The position numbers and the translations under genes are program-made. This document shows, one piece after another, positions 46,787 through 60,284 of a stretch of DNA of 64,000 bases. The notes under the pieces were generated by a model, which saw only the letters and a program-made list of their open reading frames with translations, ran no database searches and was not told the origin of the DNA. The stretch's first letter is position 1. Each line of letters begins with the position of its first letter. The DNA comes from Eledone cirrhosa (taxonomy: Eukaryota), in NCBI GenBank assembly GCA_964016885.1, contig OZ024741.1, positions 2,666,001 to 2,730,000 of the forward strand, given 5' to 3'.

Positions 46787-47623
46787 ACACGCACTGCACT
46801 GACACACACAGACAGTCACACAGACACACACACCCAAATCACTTACAAAATAAAAGGCGAAAGAGGAGGTGGATTCTAAATAATAGGTTAGAAGTATTGA
46901 ATTGGCGTCGGGCGAGGGTGAAGAGAGGGCAGGGCGCTAACACTCCCACAGAACAGCAGGCACGGGCCTAGGTCTCCATTAAGTGTTTAACGGCACGATG
47001 TAATTACAATTATTATATAAACCAGCCGTGAAGTGTGGGGGACATTTAACAGGTGTTGAATAACCAGTGCTGTTGTTAGCCATACTACTCTTTGTTGCTT
47101 TCACTGAAGCCGTCTATTGTGACGTGGCTGCTGCCCATTGGAACACTTCTCCACACAGGTTTGCGACAAGCTTTCTTTGTGACGTCAGTACACAGCTTAA
47201 GTGATGTTTACGCCCTAACATCAATATCTTAGATGTTTTCATTTAGATACATTTCTTTCTATACATTTTTCCCCTCATTTTTTCTCATTCACAATATATA
47301 AATATATAAACACATAAACATATATATATATAAATATAAATATACATAGAGAGAGAGAGAGAGTGGAGGGGGGAGAGTGATAGCCGTAGAGGCACACACG
47401 CAGGCACGCAGGCTGGCACACACGCAAGCACACGAACGTTGTCACGTAGGTAACCACACACACTGAGCCTGCACCTAACCTACTACCGCCACACCATCCT
47501 ATTCTCTATGAATATAGATATATCTTATTAATTATATATATTTTGATTGAGCACACATACACACACACACACACACATACACACAGATATATGTATGTAT
47601 ATGTGTGTCTACCCGTGTGTGTG

Positions 47624-47654
<31 letters not shown>

Positions 47655-47725
47655 ATTATATATATATATATATATGTGTGTGTCTACCCGTGTGTGTGTG
47701 TGTGTATATATATATATATGTGTGT

Positions 47726-48062
47726 ATAATAAGAGAAACGTAAATTTTGTTTACGTGTATTTATGTTATCATTGTGAATCGACCTGCTGCGCACGTTTCA
47801 CAGATCATTGGCTCAAGGTCAGCCATGGAGGTTATCGACTCGACACAGTATCGATCTACTCATCAAACTAGTGATTCAGTGATTCAACAAACACTTTTTT
47901 TTTGTTGAATCAACTGTCTGGTGAGCAGATTGATACCGGAATCGGGTCCATATATTCCATAGGTGACCTTGAGCCAATCCTCTGCGAAGCGCGCGTACCA
48001 GGTTTATTCACAATGATAACATAAATACATATAAACAAAACTTCATCATTTCTCTTATTATA
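47726..48062. mobile_element. Old family L fold-back insertion with degenerate long-stem-II hammerheads in both arms
   Basis: Right arm CTGGTGA-gcaga...tctgc-GAAGC-gcgc-GTA; left arm (minus) TTGATGA-gtaga...tctgt-GAAAC-gtgc. Confidence 0.6.
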
Positions 48063-48064
48063 TG

Positions 48065-48102
<38 letters not shown>

Positions 48103-48103
<1 letters not shown>

Positions 48104-48345
48104 AGGAGGTGAGTTTTATTGTAGTACAATAAAGCAATGCAGATATCGGATAAGTAGCACTCTACAGTTTGTAGGACTGGATTATAAATAATATAAGATC
48201 AAAAGATGGTTAAAAGAGTTCCATGTATTTTATTATGCGCATTTCAAAAACAAATATCATCATGAGATGATATTTGTTTTTGAAATGCGCATAATAATAT
48301 ACATGGAACTCTTTTAACCATCTTTTGATCTTATATTATATATAT
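48103..48345 (-). mobile_element. Family J fold-back insertion (another copy 39751-39895), inverted within the HHR core
   Basis: Palindrome 48190-48340 containing ATGA-tatttgttttt-GAAAT-gcgc-ATA. Confidence 0.65.
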
Positions 48346-48816
48346 AGAGGGTCGGACGCCATGCTTTCCAGCATAGTTACGTCCCTTTACGATCTGAGTT
48401 CAAATCCCGCCGAGGTTGACTTTGCCTTTCATCCTTATGGGGTCGATAAAATAAAGTACCAGTAATGCACTGGGTAATTGCTGGCCTCGTGCCTAAAGTA
48501 GAAACAATTATATATATATATATATATATAGTAATAATGATAAATACGAAGACTAAAATCTGAAGAGGGCTCGATGAGGATAATATATATATAAAAATAT
48601 TTTTAAAAAACGTAGAGCAAATCAAATATTTATTAAAATAACAGATTAAAGTTTAAGCAAAGAATCGCTACTTTCACCCTTAACGGGATCTTCTGAAACT
48701 AAAAATATCAATCTGTGAACGCAGAAGTAATTATTTCGAAAAACGTTGCAACCGAAGGAAAAGAGGAAGACAATACTTTGGTTTGTGTTGTGGAGACTTT
48801 CCCAATCTGTTATTTT

Positions 48817-48896
<80 letters not shown>

Positions 48897-49964
48897 GAAC
48901 CACTCTACAACCCCAAGTATCGACTACTCTGGGGAGTAATGGTTTAACTTGTTTTTACCGCCTCCATTCTGATATATATATTTAAAGGATCTGTATTTCT
49001 TTTTTTCTTCTTTGATTCGTCAAATGAAAAAATGAAAGGAACAATTTCTTTTTTAAAAAGGAGTTTTATAATGTCTATAAAATATATCAAATATAACCGG
49101 TTTCGATGTATCGGTGTAATCGACCTTATCAAATGTTGAATATTACAATTGAAAAGAATTAAAGATTAAACATTTTAAATTAAATGTTGAAGAAGGTCTG
49201 TTCCAAGATGGCGAAGGGTAGAATAAAGGAGGGACACAGAAAATCTACAAAAGTAGTCTTTTAGGAAGTCACAGAATGTGTGACGAAACAGCTTTGACAA
49301 TCAACAACAATTAATAGCCATGTGGTCAATAAACTAACCAACTGGGAGTTTGTAATAAATTGAAATTAACCCCAACAATTGCTCTGCCGTCGAGGTCCTG
49401 AACCTTTTCCTATTACCCACTCTACTACCCAAAGTATCGAGAACTCTGGTGCGTTATGGTCCACCTGGTTCCTTACCACACTTTCTTCATTATATATGAC
49501 GGCTGCCCCCTCGTTATCAAGTATGGCCATTGCACGATATACCATTATTAATAATTATTAATTAATTCTATCGTGCAATGCCTGTACATGAAGATATTTT
49601 TTAAAGTGAGGAAAGACTGTGCACTGAGCCAATCCCACTCTCTGAGCGACAGTAGCTATAACCCGAAAAGAAGAAAAGATCAACAACATCGGTAACTACT
49701 GAGCCACAGGTTTTATATCGGAGTTATCCCAGTTTCCTGAGTTGCCTTCTCCTAGAAGAATGCCCTGACAAAGGCTAGGGCTCCTTCACTCCCAGTGGTT
49801 TAACCGTGCGATCGGGTGTCTAGCCCGACTATTTTTATCTCCCCGCGCATATACATACACATGCACCCATGTATATACACATATACATACATATGTGCAT
49901 GTGTTCATAGATATTTACACACCTTTGGATGGCCCTTGATTCTTATGAGTTCTTCCGCCCTTTG

Positions 49965-49996
<32 letters not shown>

Positions 49997-50039
49997 TGTA
50001 TGTATGTATTATGTATGTATGTATGTATGTATGTATGTG

Positions 50040-50126
<87 letters not shown>

Positions 50127-50341
50127 AGACATGCACTAGCAGCCGAGTTTTCCGGATATAATTATAACCATCAAATGCATGTTTCCTTGTGGTTGATTTT
50201 CTGATATGCACTTCTTCGTATGAAGGTACAATTAGATCCGAAAATCGATTAAAACTGTTTATAATTATTTTTCAATTATCATATTTGCGTATATGTATTT
50301 ATACACGTTGGTGCAGTTTCAGTTAGACATTCCGTATTAAT

Positions 50342-50443
<102 letters not shown>

Positions 50444-50552
50444 GGTAATTCCGAAGGAAAAGCAAAATAACCGATCCAGACGTATATCAATATTGTCTCG
50501 GTTCCAGAAACATTTGGTAATGGAGTAGTTATATTTTGTGTTGTTCACTTTA

Positions 50553-50635
<83 letters not shown>

Positions 50636-51125
50636 TGTGTATATATATATATATATTTATAAAGGAAAATAATAATATAGAAAGATTAAAAAAATAATAA
50701 AAAAAAATTAAACCACACAAAAGCCAGAGGAAGTTATGCGTTGGTCACTATATATAACAGGTGATTTAGTTCTCCATAACCTAGAGTTATAGAAATGCTA
50801 AGAGGCCCCTAAGATACCTTCAGAAAGTCCAATGGGGATTGTATTCCACACCATAATATCTTTTTATATTATTATTTCCCTTTTACTTTATTATTATATG
50901 TTTTAACTATCGTTATATGCTTTATTTGTTTATGTGCGCCCTCACGTGCTTCCGCCTCTTGTGAAAAAATCTGCCTGTACCCTCGTATGTAGCTGTAATG
51001 TTGAATAACAACCCCATTATGCATTCTCTCCACACTTCTCATTTCCGATATCCCCCTTGTTACCCTCTAATGTATTTCTAATGTTCATGTGACTAAGCTT
51101 GGTAGAGCTTATACTCAGCACTGTA

Positions 51126-51193
51126 TTTTTGTTTATAAAGCTCTGATGATTCCTGCCCCATGGTATGGATGAAACATTGTCAGCAAATAAAAA
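51126..51193 (+). ncRNA. Type I hammerhead (family F) near the 3' end of a ~570-bp TA-flanked insert (50660-51230)
   Basis: tttttgtttat..gct-CTGATGA-ttcc-tgcc..tggta-tggat-GAAAC-att-GTC-agc-aaataaaaa. Confidence 0.72.
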
Positions 51194-52040
51194 TTGTATG
51201 AGTATGTAGGCGTTCTTTGATTTCTTTTACATATATATATATATTTCTTTTCTGAATTTGTTTAGCAAGATTCTTTATCTGAAAACGTGTGTTGAAACCG
51301 ATATTATTATACTTTGGGAGGGTCATGTGCCAATAAGAAACACACGCACCAGTTGCAATCACTCCAATTTATTATAAATTAAATTTATAAATTTAAGAAA
51401 TTTGTAAATTTCCGGTTGGTTGGTTGGTTCCACAACCGGACGGATGTTCATATATTGTCAAACTTCTTTCGTCACACATTCTGTGACCTCTTCAGTGACT
51501 GGGGATTATTTTCTTTGTTTTGTGCCTCTCCTTTGTTCTGTCCTACGCCATCTTGTTTTTGGCAAAAACAAGAAATAGCCGTCGAAACGGCTTGAGCTCT
51601 GCCGTCGGGGTCATATTTTTTCATATTACTCACTCTACTGCCGTATGTATTGAGTACTCTGCTGCGTTATGGTCCATCTGGTTCTTTACCACAATTCCTT
51701 CGTTATATATATATATATATATATATATATAACCAGAAAATGCAAACAGAACACAACTGTTACATGACAAAAAGCTTTGTCAGAGAAAAGGCAATTTGAT
51801 ATCTTCCTCTCACCCTTTGTCTCACGATTGTGTTGACAAGATGTTAAGTGGTCAAACAGCTAAGACTACCTACTTATGCATCTGGACATCTTCAGACAAT
51901 ATATACACCTGTAAAAATGTATACCTATCTGTTTATGCATCTATTCTTCCATCTATATTCCTGTTTGTCTATAATCTATTTCTGTTTATCTATCCTTCTG
52001 TCTATATGTGTATTTATTATCCTACTATCCATCTCTCTAT

Positions 52041-52348
52041 CAGTTTTATGAAAGGTGGGTGAAAGTGTCGAGAAAGGCCCGTGTGAATGGGCCTTCTCTC
52101 TATATCAGCCTGTAGGTGAAAAAGGTAGAGGAAGAAGGGAGCTCTTTGTGCTCTTTGTGCTCCCGGGGAGAAGGGTTGCACATTTTTTCGGGGGTGTGTG
52201 CGACCCCAAAACGCCCTTTCCCTATTGAGGACTTCGATTGTTTTATTTTATTTGTTATATTTTTGTACTCGTTTTATTGTATGTAAACTCCCCCTCCCCC
52301 TTGTATTTGTCCCTTTCTTTTGTGCCCTGGTGGCAAATAAATAAAAAC
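52041..52348 (+). mobile_element. Short 3' fragment of the same Tx1/L1-like LINE, embedded in (TCTA)n
   Basis: Matches 53942-54240 (gttttatgaaaggtgggtgaaagtg...gggccttctctctatatcagcctgtagg). Confidence 0.8.
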
Positions 52349-52435
52349 TTATCTATCTATTTATCTGTATGTCTGTCTATTTATCTACCTATCTCTCTAC
52401 CTATCTCTCTATCTATCTGTCTATCTACATGTATA

Positions 52436-52936
52436 TCTATATATATAAAGTTATAGTTCCTGTCTGTTTGTTTGTTTGGTCACGAACTCCTCCTATGGTT
52501 TTGGAGATAAACCCCCATACCCATATATATTCTGAAACTACATTGCCCAGGGTACTTGGATAAGTATATTTCATTTTAATCAAAGGGTTCCCCGGGGGCA
52601 CAAAACCCCCGCTGAAAATGTTTTCCCTTCGATTTATATGAAATTTAAACCATAGGTAAATGACAAGATATGATGCCTATTCACAAAAGTTTTGAATTGA
52701 TATTTTGAAAAAAATTATTAACAAGAAACAAAATAAGAATAAGATTTAATAATGTAATTTGGATTTGATATTTTACAAAAAATAATATTTTCCAATTTTT
52801 CATGCATTACATTTTACATTGAGTGATATTGAAATGCAGAGTTTTTCTCCATAAATGATATCACTGATTTAATATCAATCATCATTTTCTTACAAAATAA
52901 AGTGTGAAACGCAGCAAGGCGCGGGTAATTCGGCTA

Positions 52937-52937
<1 letters not shown>
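52436..52937 (+). mobile_element. Non-autonomous Helitron-like element
   Basis: 5' TCtatatatataaag with tgtttgtttgtttg; 3' cgcagcaaggcgcggg...gCTAG-t. Confidence 0.7.
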
Positions 52938-53016
<79 letters not shown>

Positions 53017-53104
53017 TTATTAAACACTACTTCAGCGTTAAGAAATCATTCTCGCGTCCATTAGCATCATACGGATCTCTCTCTCTCCCTCTCCCTCTAA
53101 CTGT

Positions 53105-54245
53105 TTATCTCCCTTCTAACGGAGAGCTGGGGATGCCGCGGCTGACGATGAGCAAACACGCGTTCAGGCTGCGGCATCTCTACGTATTCATCACCGGACA
53201 ACCGGTGTTGGCCCCGTTCGTGAGCGAGCCTTCCCACGACTCGTCTCGCTGACCGAGCTGCAGTCCTGGGTTAAGCAAAGACCGAGGAAAATGGGCGACT
53301 GGCACATCGAATCTGCTCAGGCGCTCACAGCCCTCTGGCAGGCGGACCCGGCGATCAGTGGAGACTCCACTTCGTAATTCTATAGAGGGTTGATCCGCAG
53401 CAAGTGCGACGACACGGTCGGTGAAACTCTAGGCGTAGAGGAAGATGAACTGGCCAGTCTGTTCGGTAGGACCTTCCGCCCGGGACCGATGGACAACTTC
53501 CAAAAGTCCCTGGCCTGGCAGTGCTACCGAGGAGCTCTACCAGTTCGAGACAAGCTCTTCAGACATGGGCGCCCGGGCAGGGACCTTGCAAAAAGATCTG
53601 TCCGAGGTGCGTGCGAGACGAAGAAACCGTCGCGCACGCATTCATACACTGCCCGGGCGTCACCGACCTATGGGGCTATGTAGAACGACTATTGTCGCGG
53701 GTGGGACCAATCCGGTTGACCACCGAGTCCATTGTCATGATCAAACTGCCACCCTCCTTCAAAAACGAAGGAGAGGCGGTTTTCCTTTGTGTGATAGCTA
53801 TGGCGAAAGAGGTTGTATGGTGGACAAGGTTGAAAGGGCTGAGGTCAGACACCTTTCTCTCCGGCCAACAACGGATTCTTTTTTTCAAATACCACTTTGG
53901 AAGAAGAATCAGGATGGAGAGAGAGGTGCTGTACCCCAGCAAGTTTTATGAAAGGTGGGTGAAAGTGGCGAGAATGGCCCGAGTGAATGGGCCTTCTCTC
54001 TATATCAGCCTGTAGGTTCAGGAAAAGGAGGAGGAGAGGAAAGGAGTACAAACTCTTCGTACTCCTGGAGATGAGGGTTGCACACTTTTATGTGTTACCC
54101 ATATGTAATGTCTCCCCCTATTGGAGAAAATCGACTAATTTTTAAATTGCATTTGTGATAATATTTTACACGTTTTTATTGTATGCAAACTTCCCCCTTT
54201 GTATTTGTCCCCTTCTTTTGTGCCCCTGTGGCTAATAAAGAAACA
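53105..54245 (+). pseudogene. 5'-truncated Tx1/L1-like LINE: degenerate ORF2 C-terminus (RT-associated zinc-binding region) plus 3' UTR
   Basis: LAWQCYRGALPVRDKL, then CPRC-x3-EETVAHAFIHC-x5-LW...KEVVWWTR; ORF ends at 54015; aataaa followed by a (TCTA) tail. Confidence 0.8.
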
Positions 54246-55595
54246 TCTATCTATCTCTTTATCTGTCTTTCTGCCTGTCGTTCTCTGGCTATCTATTCAA
54301 GCAATAACAACAATAACAACAACGGAGCCCAAATCCCAATAGCAGAGCATTTATAGATAGACTGATATATATGTGTGTGTGCGTATGTGTGTGTGTGTGT
54401 CTGTGTGTCTGTGAGTGTCTGTGTATGTATGTGTATGTGTGTGTATGTGTGTGTCTGTGTGTGTCTGTGTGTCTGTGTGTGTATGTGTGTGTGTCTGTCT
54501 GTGTCTATGTGTGTGTGTCTGTGTGTCTGTGTGTGTCTGTGTGTGTGTGTGTGTCTGTGTGTGTGTGTCTGTGTGTATGTGTGTTAATATATATAGACAC
54601 ACACACAAATATATATATATACTGTAGTATAAGTTTGGTAGAAAAATCCAGGAGTTTAAAGCTTCTATCCCTAGGAAGAGTTAAGAATAATTAGTTACAA
54701 GAGTTAAGTATAATTAGTTACAAGAGTTAAGTATAATTAGTTACAACTGTGGTGTGTAGAGGTACTTACGTTTCGTTGGGTTATACACCCGAACACACTG
54801 CTATATATATATGAGGGGGGGGGAGGTATGTATATGAATGTGTGTGTTATATTAAAGTCTTTGCTCCGAGTGTAGTCAAAAGATGTTTCTCGTTTCTTTA
54901 TAATCCGTTTATGTATAATTTGCTGCAGGACACCATTCCTAAATCCATTTGACTTTTAATTCTTCGAGACCTTTCCAGTGTCATACAATGGTGTAGTGTT
55001 TTAATAGGCACACATTTTACTAGGTCGCAGATGATCAAAGGATTATGAATCGTTAATGCAGGATATTTATTGAATGGTTAATTCTTGGAAACCTTCATAG
55101 TTAATTTCATGTATCTGTGTTATTTATTAGGGAAGCATACGGGGGGGGGGGGGCGGGAAAGTTCCAGCTTTGGGTAAAAGAAAATATAGGAGGATCAGTT
55201 AATTATGATTTTATTCAACTTATTCCCGTCTCAGATTCACACACTTATTGCAGTGGTCCTTTAGTTTTACTAAACCCTGTAAAAAGAACTCGAAAGGTTG
55301 GGTCTCCCACCAGGCCTCTGTAGCAGTGATCAACCCAGGAACTTTCCAGCATCCCCTTGTAGATCTTTCTCAGCATCCCAGCATCCCCTTGTAGATATCT
55401 TTTTCATTCTTGTCATCAACTAGGACTTAAACGTTGAATTCATAGATTTAAGAGTCGAGTATTATAAATTGAAGGCGGCGGATAGAATGATTTGCGGTAT
55501 ATCACTTTCTCTAGAAGAAATAAATAAAAGTGATATATACATATATATATATATATATAGAAAGATTTGAATGGATACAGTTTAGTTGAAAGGAA

Positions 55596-55714
55596 TTTAT
55601 TGACACGTGTTTCTATAACAGTTACATAACCTAAAACAGCTATCTACAAACTTTTAGTTATGCAGACATTCAATATTTCAATGTTATTATTTACTGTCAT
55701 TTCATCAGAATAAT
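55596..55714 (-). ncRNA. Type I hammerhead with ~90-nt stem II region (family M), downstream of the GIY-YIG ORF
   Basis: ttatt-CTGATGA-a-atgacagt...actgttat-a-GAAAC-acgt-GTC-aataa. Confidence 0.68.
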
Positions 55715-56282
55715 ATTACTGAGGACCTATTTAGTTTTTATAGAGAATATTAGGAGGGAGGGGTGAAGTTGTTAGAAGAATAGTTGAAGGAGTGGTTTTT
55801 CGATAGCAGTGAGAATTCTTGGTGGCAGTGAGTAATTAGATTCCCATCTGTTGTTTTGACATTTTTTATAGAATATATTATTGGTTATTTTTCTAAATCT
55901 ATAGAAGGATTAGAGATAGTAAAGATATGCGTGGTTGGTTTTGTGTTTGCACTTAACATTCAGACTTAAATTTTTCTTTCAAGTGTACGTATTCTTTCAC
56001 CCACGCATTCACACACAAATATATTTGCACACCTCTACAAAATACATATACTCACAATTCACATATTCATACTTACACATATATACACATGCATACACAT
56101 ATATATACACACATGTATTCATGTACATACATACGCGCTCATGTGTATACATTTTCATACTCAACTTATCTTTATATATACACACGTATAGACACACACA
56201 TATATACATACATACTCTAGTCCATGTGTACACACATACACATACATACACATCCATATACACATACATACATACACATATA

Positions 56283-56340
<58 letters not shown>

Positions 56341-56665
56341 CATACATATACATATATACACATATATACATATACACACACACATATATACATATATAAG
56401 CACTTTAATACATGAATACACTTACATCTAACTATACACATCAAACATATATATATTTACTTATTTATATACATTTTCACATATATATACATACTTATGG
56501 ACGTTTTTAGACACATTCATTATCGCATATTTGTACCTATTCTCATCAGCATATCTTTTCATTATTAGTATGGTAATTTAAGGTTATTAATATATGTTGA
56601 GAAGAGATTGTTTTTATATTTTTCTAACTAGATTAAGGTTTATATAGTTGGGGGATGTCCCTCTT

Positions 56666-57605
56666 TTATGTAATATTCTGCTTGTAGTGGGAAAAAAGGG
56701 TTTTAGTTCTGTGACGGCAGAATAATGTTCGTTCAATTCTGTTATTCAGCAGTTTCTTCTTGTGTGTGATTATGTAATAAATCTCAAGATTACACAATTT
56801 GCAGAAATTTTGGCTCCTGGAAAAGCTTTGGGTTTTAGCTAATTTTTCCCATTTTAGGGTAAACTTTTGATTGCTATCCCTGAGCGTCCAAGCTTTTTCT
56901 GCTAAAGTTGTTACATTTCTTTGGCTCTGGTGTTTTATTGAGTAAGAATGCCTATACAATCGAGATTTAAACGATGTTGCCGTTGATCCCACGTAATACC
57001 ACTCGTTGCCTCCGGATTTAATGGTACACTTATAAATAATATTTTTTTCCAGGCAGTTATTGCCGAGGGGGCAGTTGTCAGGATAGGTGCAGTTACAGTT
57101 GTGTACGTTGGGTTTTCTCTGGAGTAGTATTGCGGACGAACTTAGGTGTGGTTTATTTATGTTCTGTAGTGTATTGTCTACTGTTTTTTTGGGGTTCTTT
57201 GTACTTAAGTTCTTAGTGTTTTCGTTTAACCTTCTAGTATTGATCTTTTTTATGTGTTGTTCAAGGTTTAACGCTGTAGAGTATGACAGTCTTATAGTGG
57301 TAGGGTTTAGGATTTTGTGGTATTTGTGTGATGTGGGAAAATGTCTTTTAATTATTTTAAAGAAGAGTACTGGTAAATTTGTACTAATGGAGCTATTGTA
57401 TTCGGGGCTATACCATAAGTACTCTTTGCATCGCTTTCTATTAGTTTTGTTTGTTGGTTTACTGGTGTGCATACTATGGTAGTAAGTGTGGTTTGGTGTT
57501 GTGTTATTATATCTACCTATGTGGGATTTATTTTGGGTGTTTTGATTGTTCCCATCTATGTACTCTATTTTGTTGAGGTAGCCTGCTTTACTAAGGGCGT
57601 TATAT
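56666..57605 (-). pseudogene. PLE ORF 3' part (post-RT linker plus GIY-YIG, Nematis-like from memory): ~313 open codons, 5'-truncated at (TA)n
   Basis: RKR...LWYSPEYN...KRHFP..HKYHKILN..TIRLSYS; CNC...CPLGNNCLEKNIIYKC...YYVGST..FKSRLYRH; CKLCNLE...LLNNRIE...CRH. Confidence 0.88.
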
Positions 57606-57611
57606 ATATAC

Positions 57612-57724
<113 letters not shown>

Positions 57725-58473
57725 TGTGTGTGTGTGTGTAGCCATATCTGTAGCTGTGAAAAGGAAAAAAAGAAAACAGTGCTCAATCTGGAAGAGATCA
57801 GAGATATTATTATACAAAAGCGGTGGATTGGCAGTATCGGTAGAAGGTCGGACGCCATGTTTTCCAGCATAGTTACGTCCCTTTACGATCTGAGTTCAAA
57901 TCCCGCCGAGGTTGACTTTGCCTTTCATCCTTACGGGGTCGATAAAATAAAGTACCAGTAATGCACTGGGTAATTGCTGGCCTTGTGCCTAAAGTAGAAA
58001 CAATTATTATACAAAAGCGCTACATAATGTTTCAAGGTCAAAATTCGACCTCCAGAAAACAAGAGTTATCGAAGTAGGGACTTCAGGGGCTAATACCAGT
58101 TTAAGGGTTATGGTTAGAAACTCGTATTAGCGCCTGAAGAAAGTTAAAGTACCAGTAATGCACTGGGATAATTGCTGGCATTGTGCCAAAAGTAAAAATA
58201 ATTATTTTGGTGACTTGTTTTTGGAGGTATGGTCACATTTGGGCCTTGATACCCTGCATGAACATAAATATATTATATATCATATATATAATATTTTATA
58301 TATATTATATATATATAGGAAAATGTTCAAGACCCCTCGACAGAAATATGTCGAAACAGCTTGAGCTCTGCCGTCGGGGTCTTGAACATTTTTCTATTAC
58401 CCACTCTACTACCCAAAGTATCGAGTAGTCTGATGCGTTATGGTCCACCTGGTCACTTACCACACTTCCTTCG

Positions 58474-58527
<54 letters not shown>

Positions 58528-59007
58528 ATATATTTTGAGTATGTGTTGGTTGTTTACCGATTTCTTTTTTTTTGTATTTAGCACTGACTCATGTGTGCGA
58601 AGGGGCTCGGTCAGGTTCGAGGCAGGATATCCTCTGGGTACTCGGATCACAAGCCGGGGTTGGACGTTTAGGCCCGCTGGTCGGAAACTTGGAGTGCCTG
58701 TTTGCACACAGGATAGGACTCCGCCGACGTACTTAGTCTCTTTATATCATCTAGTGTCAGCTAACTTCTGGTTAAGGAAGTGAGAGAGAGGGGCTGGCCA
58801 CAGCGGGGTGAGGCATGGTTTTAGCTGCTAGGTAGGTGTGTTGCTATAGGTACTAATCGAAGCGGGAGTGGAGGTGGGGATACAGGCGGGTGTACGGGGT
58901 GATTCCAGTTCCTCGGAGGACTAACAACACACCCAGGAGCTGGACATATCGATGAATTGACAGAATGGAACACATCTCAACACCATGTTTGCCTGTTCTT
59001 TCTACAT

Positions 59008-59075
59008 TAATTCTTACTGCCTGAAGAGGTCACAGCCAATAATGGCTGTCACTGAAATATATATAGCAGAGAATT
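59008..59075 (+). ncRNA. Type I hammerhead (family N) at the 3' end of a GC-richer insert ~58560-59120
   Basis: taattcttactgc-CTGAAGA-ggtcacagcca-ataa-tggctgtcact-GAAAT-atat-ATA-gcagagaatta. Confidence 0.82.
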
Positions 59076-59142
59076 ATAATAAACGAAGCCAACTTTAACA
59101 TGTTTGACTTACTTATTTTATATATGTATATATATATATATG

Positions 59143-59669
59143 TAAGAATATTTTCGAAACAGCGAGTTGGTTTGAAATTATTAGAATTGTAAGCTATCGC
59201 CGTATTTGGACTAAAGAAATTAAAGAAATTATTTAGCCTGATAGTGGGGTTAAGAACCCTCGGTGTAAATGGTAGGACGGTGGTCCGGATAACCAAAAAT
59301 GTGGGTTCGACTCCCATGTACGTCAATACTCATCTTTTTCCATTTCTCCGAGGGTTCTTAACCCCACTATCAGGCTAAATAATTTCTTTAATTTCTTTAG
59401 TCAAAATACGGCGATAGCTAACATTTCTAATAATTTCAAACCAACTCGCTGTTTCGAAAATATTCTTACTTGACATTACAGTCGCTAAGTTTATAGCTTC
59501 TAATTTGAATGGAAAAAGACGGGTGATGTGTTAGTGTAAATGGTAGCACAGTGGTCTGGATAACCAAAGATGTGGGTTCGACTCCCATGTACGTCAATAC
59601 TTATGTTTTTCCATTTCTCCGAGGGTTCTTAACCCCACTATCAGGCTTCTTTAATTTTTTTAGCTTACA

Positions 59670-59680
<11 letters not shown>
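59143..59680 (+). mobile_element. Family G: inverted arm plus tandem units containing a tRNA-like head (59525-59597); fragment also at 19983-20132
   Basis: 59143-59262 is the reverse complement of ~59348-59469; A-box tagtgtaaatgg, B-box ggttcgactcc, tggt/acca anticodon-like stem. Confidence 0.65.
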
Positions 59681-59707
<27 letters not shown>

Positions 59708-60284
59708 CCCGGGTTCAATCAGGGGTAACCACAGTAAGTAAGGTACTCAATACATAGCAGAGTATAAATATTTAATATAGAAATGCCCTGGCCTCTACAG
59801 GACTATAACTGTTTCATTCGGAAGAAATCATCACTTTCTGAATCTTGAACAACAAGATGCCTCGAGACTACTGTTACAATAAGAACGCCAGTTGTCGCTC
59901 GAGAAATGGTAAAAGAGAAAGTTTTGTCCTCAATCCCAGAAGTAAACGAAGCTGAAGCCCTTCTCTCAGTAGTACCAAACCATTTTCTTACGATAAAGAA
60001 GCTTTAATTGATATATGGTAAGATTTATAACTCCGTTGACTGAGGTAGTGCTAATGGAAGTATGTGTTTTATTTATGACTGTCGATAAAGCGTGGGTAAA
60101 GTTGGACAGAGTTCGTGCAGCGCTACATAACTGCCAACACTACAAAGGGTTACATCGAGAGACATTGATTGTTCACAGTGTAGGCAGATCACGTGATAAG
60201 AGAAGACCCACGGGCGATAGGGTACGGGTTTGCATTGATAAGTTTTGATAACTCTAAAGACCGCAAGAATATCGTTGAGTTATA

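Noticed and set aside
59525-59597. Functional tRNA gene
   Set aside because: G-U-rich acceptor stem and atypical anticodon loop within a repeated element; treated as tRNA-derived
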